Source: Minisyncoccia bacterium (lineage in GTDB: Bacteria; Patescibacteriota; Minisyncoccia; Phycocordibacterales; UBA918). Taken from it: a DNA stretch of 42,749 nt. Shown here piece by piece: positions 34,383 through 42,646 of the stretch (position 1 is the stretch's first letter; every line of letters begins with the position of its first letter). The notes under the pieces were generated by a model, which worked only from the letters and a program-made list of their open reading frames with translations, was not told the origin of the DNA and searched no databases. The stretch lies in assembly GCA_041752975.1 (NCBI GenBank), contig JBGSVK010000048.1, forward strand, positions 1-42,749, in the 5' to 3' direction. Made by a program: the position numbers and the translations under genes.

Positions 34383-35834
34383 ATGTTTATGGTTTTTTTC
34401 AAAACAAAGAAAGCTGAGCCACTTCCGGAGGTATATTTGTACAACACTGAATCATCTAAGCTTGAACAATTTAAACCCATCACTGATAGAAACGTCAGTA
34501 TATATTCTTGCGGACCGACGGTTTATGATTTTGCCCATATCGGTAACCTAAGAGCGTATGTTTTCTCTGACATCTTAAAAAGAACTCTACTTCTACACGG
34601 CTATAGCGTAAAGCACACAATAAATATTACAGATTTTGGTCATTTAACTGACGACGGTGACGCTGGTGAAGACAAAATGATGAAGGGACTAAAACGTGAA
34701 GGTCTTCCAGTTACGCTAAGCGCCATGCGCCAGCTTTCCGATATATATATTGACGCCTTCTATGATGATATTGATTCTCTAAGGATTTTACCCCCGACCA
34801 CCTGGTCAAGGGCAAGCGATTATATTGATTCACAGATTCGCCTAATAGAAACTCTCTCAGAAAAGGGTTATACCTACGAAACTAAAGACGGCGTTTACTT
34901 TGATATACAAAAATTCCCTGCCTACGGTCGACTTGGCAATCTAGACTTAGAAAAAATAAAAAACGGCGCCCGAGTAGAAGTAAATACAGAGAAACACCAT
35001 CCAGCAGATTTTGCTGTTTGGAAAAAAGGTTTACTTGGCTGGGATAGTCGTTGGGGTAAAGGTTTTCCCGGCTGGCACATTGAGTGTTCTGCTATGGCTA
35101 TGGCAACACTCGGTAAAGAAATCGATATTCATACTGGAGGAATTGATCATATACACACTCACCACAACGCTGAAATCGCTCAGTGTGAATGTGCAACCGG
35201 TAAACAATTTGTCCATTATTGGATGCACTCGGCTTTTATAACTATCGATAACACTAAAATTGCTAAATCGCTCGGGAACTCAATTAACCTACGACACTTA
35301 GTTGACAGAGGATTTACAGGTGACGACTATCGTTACTGGCTTTTAACTGCTCATTACCGTTCTACTATCAACTTCTCTTGGGACGCTTTGACGGCTGCTA
35401 AACAAGCCCTCTATCGACTTAAACGCTATGTCTATGAAGACTACAGGCAAGTTTCTGGTACACCAAATACAGATTATATTCAAAGGTTTAAAAATGTATT
35501 AGCAAACGACTTAGACACACCATCTGCTTTCGCAATTATTTGGGACATTATAAAAGATGACAACCTAGACAATAAGACTAAATGCGCCACTATCCACTAT
35601 ATTGATAGGGTTCTCGAAATTGGTTTGAGTGACGAAGTTGAAGAAGGAAAAAAGACTTTAGGAATTCTTACTAGCCATGAAGTACCAGAAGATGTTCAGG
35701 CTTTAGTAGACAAGCGTGAAGCTGCACGAATTGCTCACAATTGGTTAGAAGCCGATACTCTAAGAGAAGCTATAAACCTTAAGGGCTACTCGGTTGAGGA
35801 TACTCCTCATGGCCCCAAAATAAGTAAGGCCTAG
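34383..35834 (+). CDS. cysS: cysteine--tRNA ligase
   Basis: YSCGPTVYDFAHIGNLRAY (HIGH), WHIECSAM and KIAKSLGN (KMSKS-type). The track start at 34281 would overlap ctpA and its promoter, so ATG 34383 is preferred (34389 is an alternative). Confidence 0.93.
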   Translation: MFMVFFKTKKAEPLPEVYLYNTESSKLEQFKPITDRNVSIYSCGPTVYDFAHIGNLRAYVFSDILKRTLLLHGYSVKHTINITDFGHLTDDGDAGEDKMMKGLKREGLPVTLSAMRQLSDIYIDAFYDDIDSLRILPPTTWSRASDYIDSQIRLIETLSEKGYTYETKDGVYFDIQKFPAYGRLGNLDLEKIKNGARVEVNTEKHHPADFAVWKKGLLGWDSRWGKGFPGWHIECSAMAMATLGKEIDIHTGGIDHIHTHHNAEIAQCECATGKQFVHYWMHSAFITIDNTKIAKSLGNSINLRHLVDRGFTGDDYRYWLLTAHYRSTINFSWDALTAAKQALYRLKRYVYEDYRQVSGTPNTDYIQRFKNVLANDLDTPSAFAIIWDIIKDDNLDNKTKCATIHYIDRVLEIGLSDEVEEGKKTLGILTSHEVPEDVQALVDKREAARIAHNWLEADTLREAINLKGYSVEDTPHGPKISKA

Positions 35835-35860
35835 CTCGTACTTAAGCTATACACAAAGTC

Positions 35861-35872
35861 CACAGTACTGTG
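35861..35872. repeat. 12-bp perfect palindrome CACAGTACTGTG upstream of the dnaB promoter
   Basis: Perfect dyad lying 28 nt upstream of the -10 hexamer. It may be an operator, or a chance match. Confidence 0.3.
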
Positions 35873-35896
35873 CAAAAGTCGTCAAGGAAGGAAGCG

Positions 35897-35905
35897 TGAT
35901 ACAAT
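35897..35905 (+). promoter_or_regulatory. extended -10 promoter (TGaTACAAT) 9 nt upstream of the dnaB ATG
   Basis: TG at 35897-98, TACAAT at 35900-05, ATG at 35915. Confidence 0.5.
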
Positions 35906-35914
35906 GCTACCACT

Positions 35915-37294
35915 ATGGCAGAAACACGCTCAACTAATCGTTCCTTGCGGACACCTCCACACAACGTTGATGCTGAAAAAGCACTACTGGGAGCAATTAT
36001 TTTAAAGCCAGACGTAATGCATGACGTTTCTGTTACTGTCTATCCTGAGAGTTTTTATGCAGACAAACACCGAGGTATTTATGAAGCCTTGGTCTCAATT
36101 TTTTCTAAAGGTGACCCAATTGATGTTGTCTCATTAATTTCCAAACTAAAAAATAACAATACTCTAGATAGAATTGGTGGAGCTAGCTATATAACCGAAC
36201 TAATCGAAACCGTTCCTGCTGCCGGTAATGCCCATTACTATGCCGAACTTGTTCAAGGTAAAGCAGCGCTTAGGAATCTTATTTACGCTGCAGATGATAT
36301 TGCTGAAATTGGTTATTCTGACCCCGAGAGTGTTGACGAAGCTCTAGACCAAGCTGAGAAAAAAATCTTTCACGCCACTCAATCTCCTACTGCACAAAAA
36401 TTTAAAACTATTGGCACGTCCCTAACTGAAGCTTGGGAACGTTTTGAATATCTAAGTGCCAACCAAAACGAACGACGTGGTGTACCTTCAGGTTTTACAG
36501 CTCTAGATAACTTGATGGCCGGATTCCAAAAATCAGACCTGATTATTTTGGCCGCTCGCCCTTCCATGGGAAAGACTACTTTTGCTCTAGATATTGCTCG
36601 TAACGCCGCCCTAAAATTTGGCGCCTCAGTTGGCATCTTTTCTCTTGAAATGTCCGACCAGCAACTAGTTGATAGAATGCTCGCTGCTGAAGCGGGTGTC
36701 GACTCATGGAAATTACGGACCGGAAAACTCAGTAACGACCAAGAATTCGAAGCTGTGCAACAAGCTATGGCGAAGCTTTCTGATGCTCAAATTCACATCG
36801 ATGATCAAGCTGGGAACAACATCCTCAAAATGCGTTCTGCCGCTAGACGACTCAAAAATGAACACGGTCTAGATTTACTGATTGTCGACTACCTCCAACT
36901 CATGTCACCTACCGCCACCAAAGCTAGTGACTCAATGGTGCAACAGGTAACTGAAATTTCCCGCTCACTAAAAATTCTGGCCCGTGATCTAGAAGTGCCA
37001 GTCCTTGCTCTATCACAGCTTTCTCGTGCCGTTGAACAACGTGGTGGTAAGCCTCGTCTTTCAGACCTACGCGACTCTGGTTCTATTGAACAAGATGCCG
37101 ACGTCGTGATGTTCATTCACCGTGAAGACAAAATTAACAAAGAGTCAGAGAGACCAAATATCGCAGAAATCTTAGTTGAAAAACACCGTAACGGTCCAGT
37201 TGGTTCTTGCGAACTCTACTTTGATGGTAAGCATGTCCGTTTCCTCAATCTTGATACCAAACATCATAGCGATAACGCTAATGATGATTTCTAG
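35915..37294 (+). CDS. dnaB: replicative DNA helicase
   Basis: PPHNVDAEKALLGAIIL N-terminus, Walker A ARPSMGKTT, and the LIVDYLQLM and SQLSRAVEQR motifs. Confidence 0.96.
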   Translation: MAETRSTNRSLRTPPHNVDAEKALLGAIILKPDVMHDVSVTVYPESFYADKHRGIYEALVSIFSKGDPIDVVSLISKLKNNNTLDRIGGASYITELIETVPAAGNAHYYAELVQGKAALRNLIYAADDIAEIGYSDPESVDEALDQAEKKIFHATQSPTAQKFKTIGTSLTEAWERFEYLSANQNERRGVPSGFTALDNLMAGFQKSDLIILAARPSMGKTTFALDIARNAALKFGASVGIFSLEMSDQQLVDRMLAAEAGVDSWKLRTGKLSNDQEFEAVQQAMAKLSDAQIHIDDQAGNNILKMRSAARRLKNEHGLDLLIVDYLQLMSPTATKASDSMVQQVTEISRSLKILARDLEVPVLALSQLSRAVEQRGGKPRLSDLRDSGSIEQDADVVMFIHREDKINKESERPNIAEILVEKHRNGPVGSCELYFDGKHVRFLNLDTKHHSDNANDDF

Positions 37295-37308
37295 TTGTTT
37301 ATAGTTTT

Positions 37309-37932
37309 ATGACTCCACTGGATAAGCTAATTGCATATTTTGAAAAATTCCCCGGTATTGGTGGACGACAAGCCAAGCGTTTTGCTTTTCACATTCTTAC
37401 CCTAAAAGATGAACAAGTAAAAGAATTGGCTGAATTAATTACTTCCCTTCCTCAGTCTGTTAGTGAATGTTCACAATGTCACCGTTTCTTTTCATTACAA
37501 AAACAGCCAACTGATGGTAGATGTCCAATCTGCTCCGACACCTCGAGAGATAGTAGTAAATTAATAGTTATCGCCAGAGACAGTGATATTCAAGCCATTG
37601 AAAGAAGTGGTGTCTATGATGGACTATACTTTGTCCTTGGAGGTACTGTTCCCCTACTTGGTTCAAGTGATTCAAACTCAAGGGTTCGTACCCCTGCTTT
37701 TAGAGCATTAATATCACAAAGACTTGAAGAAGGACTCAAGGAAGTAATCTTTGCTTTTGCAGTCAATCCTGACGGTGAAAATACTGGACGTTATATCGAA
37801 AACACCCTACGCGAAATACCTGGAACCGGTGAACTAAAAATCTCCCAACTGGGTCGAGGCTTATCTACTGGCAGTGAGTTAGAATACGCAGACTCCGATA
37901 CTATAAAAAACGCCTTGCGAAATCGTAGCTAG
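37309..37932 (+). CDS. recR: recombination protein RecR
   Basis: FPGIGGRQAKRFAFHIL helix-hairpin-helix, a Cys4 zinc finger (CSQCHRF...CPICSD), and a Toprim domain. Confidence 0.95.
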   Translation: MTPLDKLIAYFEKFPGIGGRQAKRFAFHILTLKDEQVKELAELITSLPQSVSECSQCHRFFSLQKQPTDGRCPICSDTSRDSSKLIVIARDSDIQAIERSGVYDGLYFVLGGTVPLLGSSDSNSRVRTPAFRALISQRLEEGLKEVIFAFAVNPDGENTGRYIENTLREIPGTGELKISQLGRGLSTGSELEYADSDTIKNALRNRS

Positions 37933-37974
37933 TGGTTTAAATTGTAGTTTGCGTTCTTTATCTTGGGAGTTAAC

Positions 37975-38175
37975 GTGATAAAAATTGACGAGGAAATGTT
38001 GGACAGACTGGTTAAGATTGCAGTCATCTCAGCCAAGAAAATCAGTGGTCTCGAACCAGCTGCACTCAGTGGCATGGATAGATTACTTCATCCTGAACTG
38101 GTTGCTATCGGAGTTTTGGCACCAAACACTAAAGAGGGTCGAATCGGCGAAATACTGATTCCCGATGTCGACTAA
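37975..38175 (+). CDS. hypothetical 66-aa protein
   Basis: GTG at 37975 is preceded by a GGGAG SD at 37965-69. Two hairpins/terminator follow. No recognisable domain. The track start is a TTG at 37963. Confidence 0.45.
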   Translation: MIKIDEEMLDRLVKIAVISAKKISGLEPAALSGMDRLLHPELVAIGVLAPNTKEGRIGEILIPDVD

Positions 38176-38195
38176 TTGGCTCTAGCAAGCCAACG

Positions 38196-38219
38196 AAAAA
38201 GCGCCCTTGCGGGCGCTTT
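38196..38219. terminator. bidirectional terminator between the 66-aa ORF and rplU
   Basis: A5 run, GCGCCC / GGGCGC stem with a TTGC loop, then TTT. Confidence 0.8.
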
Positions 38220-38225
38220 GACTTG

Positions 38226-38558
38226 TTAGATAGAATCAATCTTTACTTCAGCGTAGTGCTGTCGGTGACCAATTCGTCGGTCTCGGTTACTCTTGGCCTT
38301 GTAGCGAACGATTGTTAGCTTTGGACCCTTCTTTTCACCTAGATAAGTAGCTTTTACTTTTGTACCTGTAGTTGGTGTACCAACCTTTGCTGTAGAGCCA
38401 TCGTCGGTCATTAAAACACTATCGAATTCGATAACATCACCTTCCTTGTGTTCGCCCATAAGCTCTACAAGAATAGTATCGCCTACTGAAACGATGTATT
38501 GCTTGCCCCCAGTTGCAATAACTGCGAAAGCGTCTTTATTAGCTGTTTTTGTTGCCAT
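38226..38558 (-). CDS. rplU: 50S ribosomal protein L21
   Basis: FAVIATGGKQYIVSVGDTILVE is a canonical L21 sequence. ATG 38558 is preferred because the track start at 38597 lies in the -35 box of its own promoter. Confidence 0.93.
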   Translation of the reverse strand: MATKTANKDAFAVIATGGKQYIVSVGDTILVELMGEHKEGDVIEFDSVLMTDDGSTAKVGTPTTGTKVKATYLGEKKGPKLTIVRYKAKSNRDRRIGHRQHYAEVKIDSI

Positions 38559-38568
38559 AGTGCGGGCT

Positions 38569-38597
38569 ATAGTACTAGAAAACCTTAAAAATTGCAA
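38569..38597 (-). promoter_or_regulatory. sigma70-type promoter of rplU
   Basis: On the minus strand, TTGCAA at 38597-92, a 17-nt spacer, TACTAT at 38574-69. The ATG lies 10 nt downstream. Confidence 0.65.
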
Positions 38598-38620
38598 CTA
38601 TACTAGCCTAAACAGCAACT

Positions 38621-39703
38621 TTAATCTTCCTGCTTTCCATGTGGCTTATCCAGTACCAAAATGTCAGTATCGATAGATTCTCCAGTAATACGCATGACGT
38701 CTTTATCAATCTTGCCAAGCTCTTTATAGCCAGCATTGTAGTGATTAACAGTAGTTTCTAGAGTCTTTCCAAGCTTATTATAATAATCTTCATATTTAGC
38801 AATATGAGTCGAGAGTTTCTCGACGTTCTTGATAATATCTTGAGCTCGCTCCTCAATCTCCATCGCCTTTAGTCCCTGCATCACTGTCTGTAGATAGGCC
38901 AAGAAAGAAGTTGGAGATACGATAATTACCTTGTGGGTACCGGCAGCTCTTTGAATTAGATTTTCCTCTCCAGTTCCGACTTTGTTGGAAAGTAAGTCGT
39001 AATAGATTCCTTCATGAGGAATAAACATAAAAGCAAAGTCTGTTGTCTTTTCACTCGGGCGAATATATTTAGCGGTCTCGGTAATACGAAGCTTGAGGTC
39101 ATTAACAAACGCCTTCTCAAGTGCAACCTTTTCCGCCCCCTCTTTAGCTTCAACAAAGCGATTATAGTTTTCGAGCGAAAACTTTGAGTCGACTGGTATC
39201 ACCTTTCCTTTGACAAAAACAGCCGCGTCAACAATGTTTCCATCACTAAAGGCATACTGCATAGCAAAACTTTCTGGTGGCAAAACATTTTGTAGAACTG
39301 TCTCAAGATAATATTCACCGAGAATTCCTCTTTGTTTTGGGTTCTTAAGAATGTCTTGAAGCTCTTTGAGCTGATCAGCCACTTGGAAAACTTGCTTACT
39401 ACTCTCCCCTACCTCACTAACGCTTTTTACAACATTGCGCAGTTGCTCATTTACCTCTCGATTGATTGTCTGAATCAGCTCTTTACTCTCCCGAAACTGT
39501 AGTCGACTTCCCTCTTGAGCTAGACGATTACTCTCACTCATTTGCTCTCGCATAGTACGAGTCAAATCCTGTATCTGATTTTGCATAATCAAAAGACTCT
39601 GACTGTCGTCTTTAGTTTCAACTTTTTTAAAGAAAAATACGTAAACTATTAAGGCAAAAATTGCTAATAGAAGTACTAATAGTACGATAAATATAGGTTC
39701 CAT
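38621..39703 (-). CDS. rmuC: DNA recombination protein RmuC
   Basis: N-terminal TM segment, a long coiled coil, and the RmuC nuclease-like C-terminal region (FAFMFIPHEGIYYD). ATG 39703 is preferred over 39709, which is only 1 nt from the -10 box. Confidence 0.88.
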   Translation of the reverse strand: MEPIFIVLLVLLLAIFALIVYVFFFKKVETKDDSQSLLIMQNQIQDLTRTMREQMSESNRLAQEGSRLQFRESKELIQTINREVNEQLRNVVKSVSEVGESSKQVFQVADQLKELQDILKNPKQRGILGEYYLETVLQNVLPPESFAMQYAFSDGNIVDAAVFVKGKVIPVDSKFSLENYNRFVEAKEGAEKVALEKAFVNDLKLRITETAKYIRPSEKTTDFAFMFIPHEGIYYDLLSNKVGTGEENLIQRAAGTHKVIIVSPTSFLAYLQTVMQGLKAMEIEERAQDIIKNVEKLSTHIAKYEDYYNKLGKTLETTVNHYNAGYKELGKIDKDVMRITGESIDTDILVLDKPHGKQED

Positions 39704-39710
39704 GGCCATA

Positions 39711-39719
39711 AGTGTATCA
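39711..39719 (-). promoter_or_regulatory. extended -10 promoter (TGaTACACT) 7 nt upstream of rmuC ATG 39703
   Basis: On the minus strand, TG is at 39719-18 and TACACT at 39716-11. Confidence 0.5.
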
Positions 39720-39750
39720 CAATAGAAAATAGAAAAATAACCTCAAAATA

Positions 39751-39759
39751 TGCTAATAT
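39751..39759 (+). promoter_or_regulatory. extended -10 promoter (TGcTAATAT) for the yqeY-like gene
   Basis: TG at 39751-52 and TAATAT at 39754-59. ATG 39783 lies 23 nt downstream, so this one implies a short leader. Confidence 0.4.
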
Positions 39760-39782
39760 TCATTCATTAACTATTGTTTATT

Positions 39783-40235
39783 ATGTCTTTACACACAGAT
39801 CTACGAGTCACTTTAAAGGAAGCAATGAAGGCCAAGGATGAAGTCCGTTTACGCACAGTACGAGGAATCATGACCGCCTGTACCAACGAACTAGTAGCAA
39901 CTTCACGCACACCACAAGATGAACTAAAAGACGAAGAAGTAATTGCTGTTATCAAGCGTCTAGCTAAACAAAGAAAGGAATCAATTACTCAGTACGAAGC
40001 TGCCAATCGACCAGAGCTAGCTGTACCAGAAAAAGAAGAGCTGGTTGTGCTAGAAGCCTACCTGCCAACTCTAATGGATAGAGACGCAATTAGACCAATA
40101 GCAGAAGCAGTCAAAGCTGAACTGGGAGTAACTGACAAATCGAAGCTTGGAGTACTAGTAGGTGCTGTCATGAAAAAGCTTCAAGGACAAGCTGACGGAG
40201 CAGATGTAAAAGCCGTAGTAGAAAGTCTTTTCTAA
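39783..40235 (+). CDS. GatB/YqeY-domain protein
   Basis: LKEAMKAKDEVRLRTVRGIM ... LEAYLP ... is typical of the YqeY family. The ATG at 39783 is preferred to the TTG at 39774. Confidence 0.85.
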   Translation: MSLHTDLRVTLKEAMKAKDEVRLRTVRGIMTACTNELVATSRTPQDELKDEEVIAVIKRLAKQRKESITQYEAANRPELAVPEKEELVVLEAYLPTLMDRDAIRPIAEAVKAELGVTDKSKLGVLVGAVMKKLQGQADGADVKAVVESLF

Positions 40236-40243
40236 CTATTTTT

Positions 40244-40609
40244 ATGCCCAATAACGAAAAACCTAAGATAGTTGTGGAGAAACAACTTGCGGGTGATAGT
40301 GATGCTTTAAGTGTTATAGGTAGAGCTGGTGCCAATGAAAGAAACAGAAGACAAGCTTTTAAGCGTGATATTGATAAATTAGCTGGAGAATTATCTAACA
40401 TTGAATTAGCTCTCGCTATTAGTGAAGCTAGTGATACCTTTATCACACCAGATGGAGATGTAAAACCAATTGGAGATTCCACTAACCCGGATGAACTTAG
40501 ACAACTTCGTTATAGGCATAATGAATTAGTCGACATGATACAGACTAAAACAGAAGACGAAAGACAGCGAATAGAAGCGATGGAAGAAAAAAGGGTTCAG
40601 AGAGATTAA
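40244..40609 (+). CDS. hypothetical charged/coiled-coil protein
   Basis: 121-aa ORF 8 nt after the yqeY-like stop. No recognisable domain. Confidence 0.55.
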   Translation: MPNNEKPKIVVEKQLAGDSDALSVIGRAGANERNRRQAFKRDIDKLAGELSNIELALAISEASDTFITPDGDVKPIGDSTNPDELRQLRYRHNELVDMIQTKTEDERQRIEAMEEKRVQRD

Positions 40610-41307
40610 ATAGAAGTTAATTTATAATCCTCAAGTTGTTTAGCGTCCTCAATTGAATAAGGTCCGACTTTAGTCCGGCGCAAATTAGCTAGTGTGGCTG
40701 GATAACCAAGGCGATTACCCAACTCTTCGGATAACGAACGAATATAGGTTCCGCTACCGACCTTGAAACGTACTTCTAATTGTAGTCGCTGTTTCTTTTC
40801 AGTAGTAACTGGTTTTATAGAAAGCAGTTCGGCTTGATAGACTTTCATTTTACGTAATGGAACATCAGTAACAGTCTCTCCTTTAGCCTCAGCTTTTCGG
40901 GCTCTTTTATACATTGGTACTCCGTCCTTCTTAATGGCACTATAAGCTGAAACCGGCAACTCAATTTCACCCAACATTGAAGCTAAAGCATCATTGATGA
41001 AATCTTGATTTAAGTCATTCTCGTAAGATTTTTCGTCTATAACCGTCCCTTCCATATCACCAGTTGAACGTCGTTCACCAAGCAAAATACTAGCTAGATA
41101 TTCTTTATCTAGTCCGATTATTCCCGAGAGGAGTTTAGTTCCTTTTTCTACCCCTAAAATCATTAGTCCAGTAGCGAGCGGATCAAGTGTACCAGCATGA
41201 CCAAATTTTTTGATACCAGTTTTTCTTCTTAGTTGTCTTATTACAGTAAAAGAACTAATCCCTTTAGGTTTATCAATTAGTAGTAATAAAGGTTTTGTTT
41301 CAGTCAT
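40606..41307 (-). CDS. truB: tRNA pseudouridine(55) synthase
   Basis: GHAGTLDPLATGLM contains the catalytic Asp motif. 233 aa. Confidence 0.95.
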   Translation of the reverse strand: MTETKPLLLLIDKPKGISSFTVIRQLRRKTGIKKFGHAGTLDPLATGLMILGVEKGTKLLSGIIGLDKEYLASILLGERRSTGDMEGTVIDEKSYENDLNQDFINDALASMLGEIELPVSAYSAIKKDGVPMYKRARKAEAKGETVTDVPLRKMKVYQAELLSIKPVTTEKKQRLQLEVRFKVGSGTYIRSLSEELGNRLGYPATLANLRRTKVGPYSIEDAKQLEDYKLTSI

Positions 41308-41336
41308 TTAAGCAACATCCTCTAAATGATTAATAT

Positions 41337-42596
41337 TTAGAAAACTAGAATACTTGGATCAATAATCAAAAGTCCCCCAAGAAGAAGCATTAGTATTCCA
41401 CCAATCAAAAGTGAAAGTTGAGCATACTTTCCACCATGAGACTGCAATCTGCTGTAGCCCCAAATAGCTAAGCTGAATACCACAACGTCATCTAGCATAT
41501 AGCCAAGACTAAAGACTATTAGATACCACTGTCTTTCCAAGAACGGTAAGGCGTTCATCTCTAAAATTTTTGTATAGGCTTGAGGAATTCCGATTGAGCA
41601 AGCAAATTCAATAATGTTTACAGAAAATGCGATAGCAAGGATAGCTAGAACCGAGGTAATAGTAACTGGCTCGGAAACAATCTTCTTGAATTTATTAATT
41701 GTTCTAGATTGAGTTTCAATATCAGTAATATCACAAACTAGTTGCACTTCCCTGTTCTTGTACCATCGCCACAAAAAGAAGAGTGCTCCACCAACCGCCA
41801 GAAATCCTACCAGAGGCGTAACGATTTGATCTAAAGCCACAAAGTCCCATGTCTTGTACCAAACATTAAGAATCAGGTTGTACATGATACCTTGAGCCAA
41901 AATGAATATCCCAGCTAAGAAAACCATTTTCTTCTTGCTTCCTGCTTGAGACAATAGAACCAAGAAAGTAATCAATACCCACATTGCGCAAGGATTGAAG
42001 CCGTCGATAACACCAAGTACAAAGGATAATGAAACTAACGAGAATGAGCGTAAATCAACTATACCCAATACAGGTAATTCAAAAATGAATTGCCCAGAAA
42101 CCCCATCACCTTCATCGCAAGCAATACCAGTACAACCACCGCCAATTGTCACCGACTGAACTGGTGCTTCAGCTATATGTTGCTCGACAGTTCTGATAGA
42201 CGATGATTCGGCTTCTTCTAGTGCAGACTTGATTTGGAGTCCTGTAGTACGCGGACCATTAAAACCAACAATTATCTTTTCACCAATCACCATTACGGGA
42301 GTGACTTTTGTAACTGCGTGCTTAGCAGTAACTTGGTCATAGAGGTTTGAAGCTTCCTCACTCTCATTCAAGTTCAGATATGTAAAAGGTAATTTTTCCT
42401 CTTCTAAGTATGCAAATAAATCCTTGCAAAAACCACAGTCATCACGGCCGAAAACGTAGACCTGGGCCTGGGCTTCTGGATTATTCCACAAAGCATTCGG
42501 ACCCGGAGTCGTCTCTGCACTAGTAAATGATTGCGGTGTAAAAAAGGCAAACAGCACGACACCAAGTGCTACCCAAGCGATTGTAAGTAATTTCAT
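41337..42596 (-). CDS. secreted glutaredoxin/thioredoxin-like domain fused to a DsbD/CcdA-like membrane domain
   Basis: Signal peptide (MKLLTIAWVALGVVLFAFF), a CGFC redox motif in a glutaredoxin-like fold, then a polytopic domain with DGFNPCAMW (DsbD_2/CcdA-type NPC motif). The start is set at ATG 42596. Confidence 0.8.
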   Translation of the reverse strand: MKLLTIAWVALGVVLFAFFTPQSFTSAETTPGPNALWNNPEAQAQVYVFGRDDCGFCKDLFAYLEEEKLPFTYLNLNESEEASNLYDQVTAKHAVTKVTPVMVIGEKIIVGFNGPRTTGLQIKSALEEAESSSIRTVEQHIAEAPVQSVTIGGGCTGIACDEGDGVSGQFIFELPVLGIVDLRSFSLVSLSFVLGVIDGFNPCAMWVLITFLVLLSQAGSKKKMVFLAGIFILAQGIMYNLILNVWYKTWDFVALDQIVTPLVGFLAVGGALFFLWRWYKNREVQLVCDITDIETQSRTINKFKKIVSEPVTITSVLAILAIAFSVNIIEFACSIGIPQAYTKILEMNALPFLERQWYLIVFSLGYMLDDVVVFSLAIWGYSRLQSHGGKYAQLSLLIGGILMLLLGGLLIIDPSILVF

Positions 42597-42605
42597 AACT
42601 TGACG

Positions 42606-42614
42606 ATTATAGCA
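42606..42614 (-). promoter_or_regulatory. extended -10 promoter (TGcTATAAT) 9 nt upstream of ATG 42596
   Basis: On the minus strand, TG is at 42614-13 and TATAAT at 42611-06. Confidence 0.5.
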
Positions 42615-42646
42615 AAAACTCACTATGAATACTATAGTGAGTTTTT
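42614..42646. terminator. 13-bp perfect hairpin, probable terminator of the partial upstream minus-strand gene
   Basis: AAAAACTCACTAT / ATAGTGAGTTTTT with a 7-nt loop. A and T runs are built into the arms. Confidence 0.6.
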
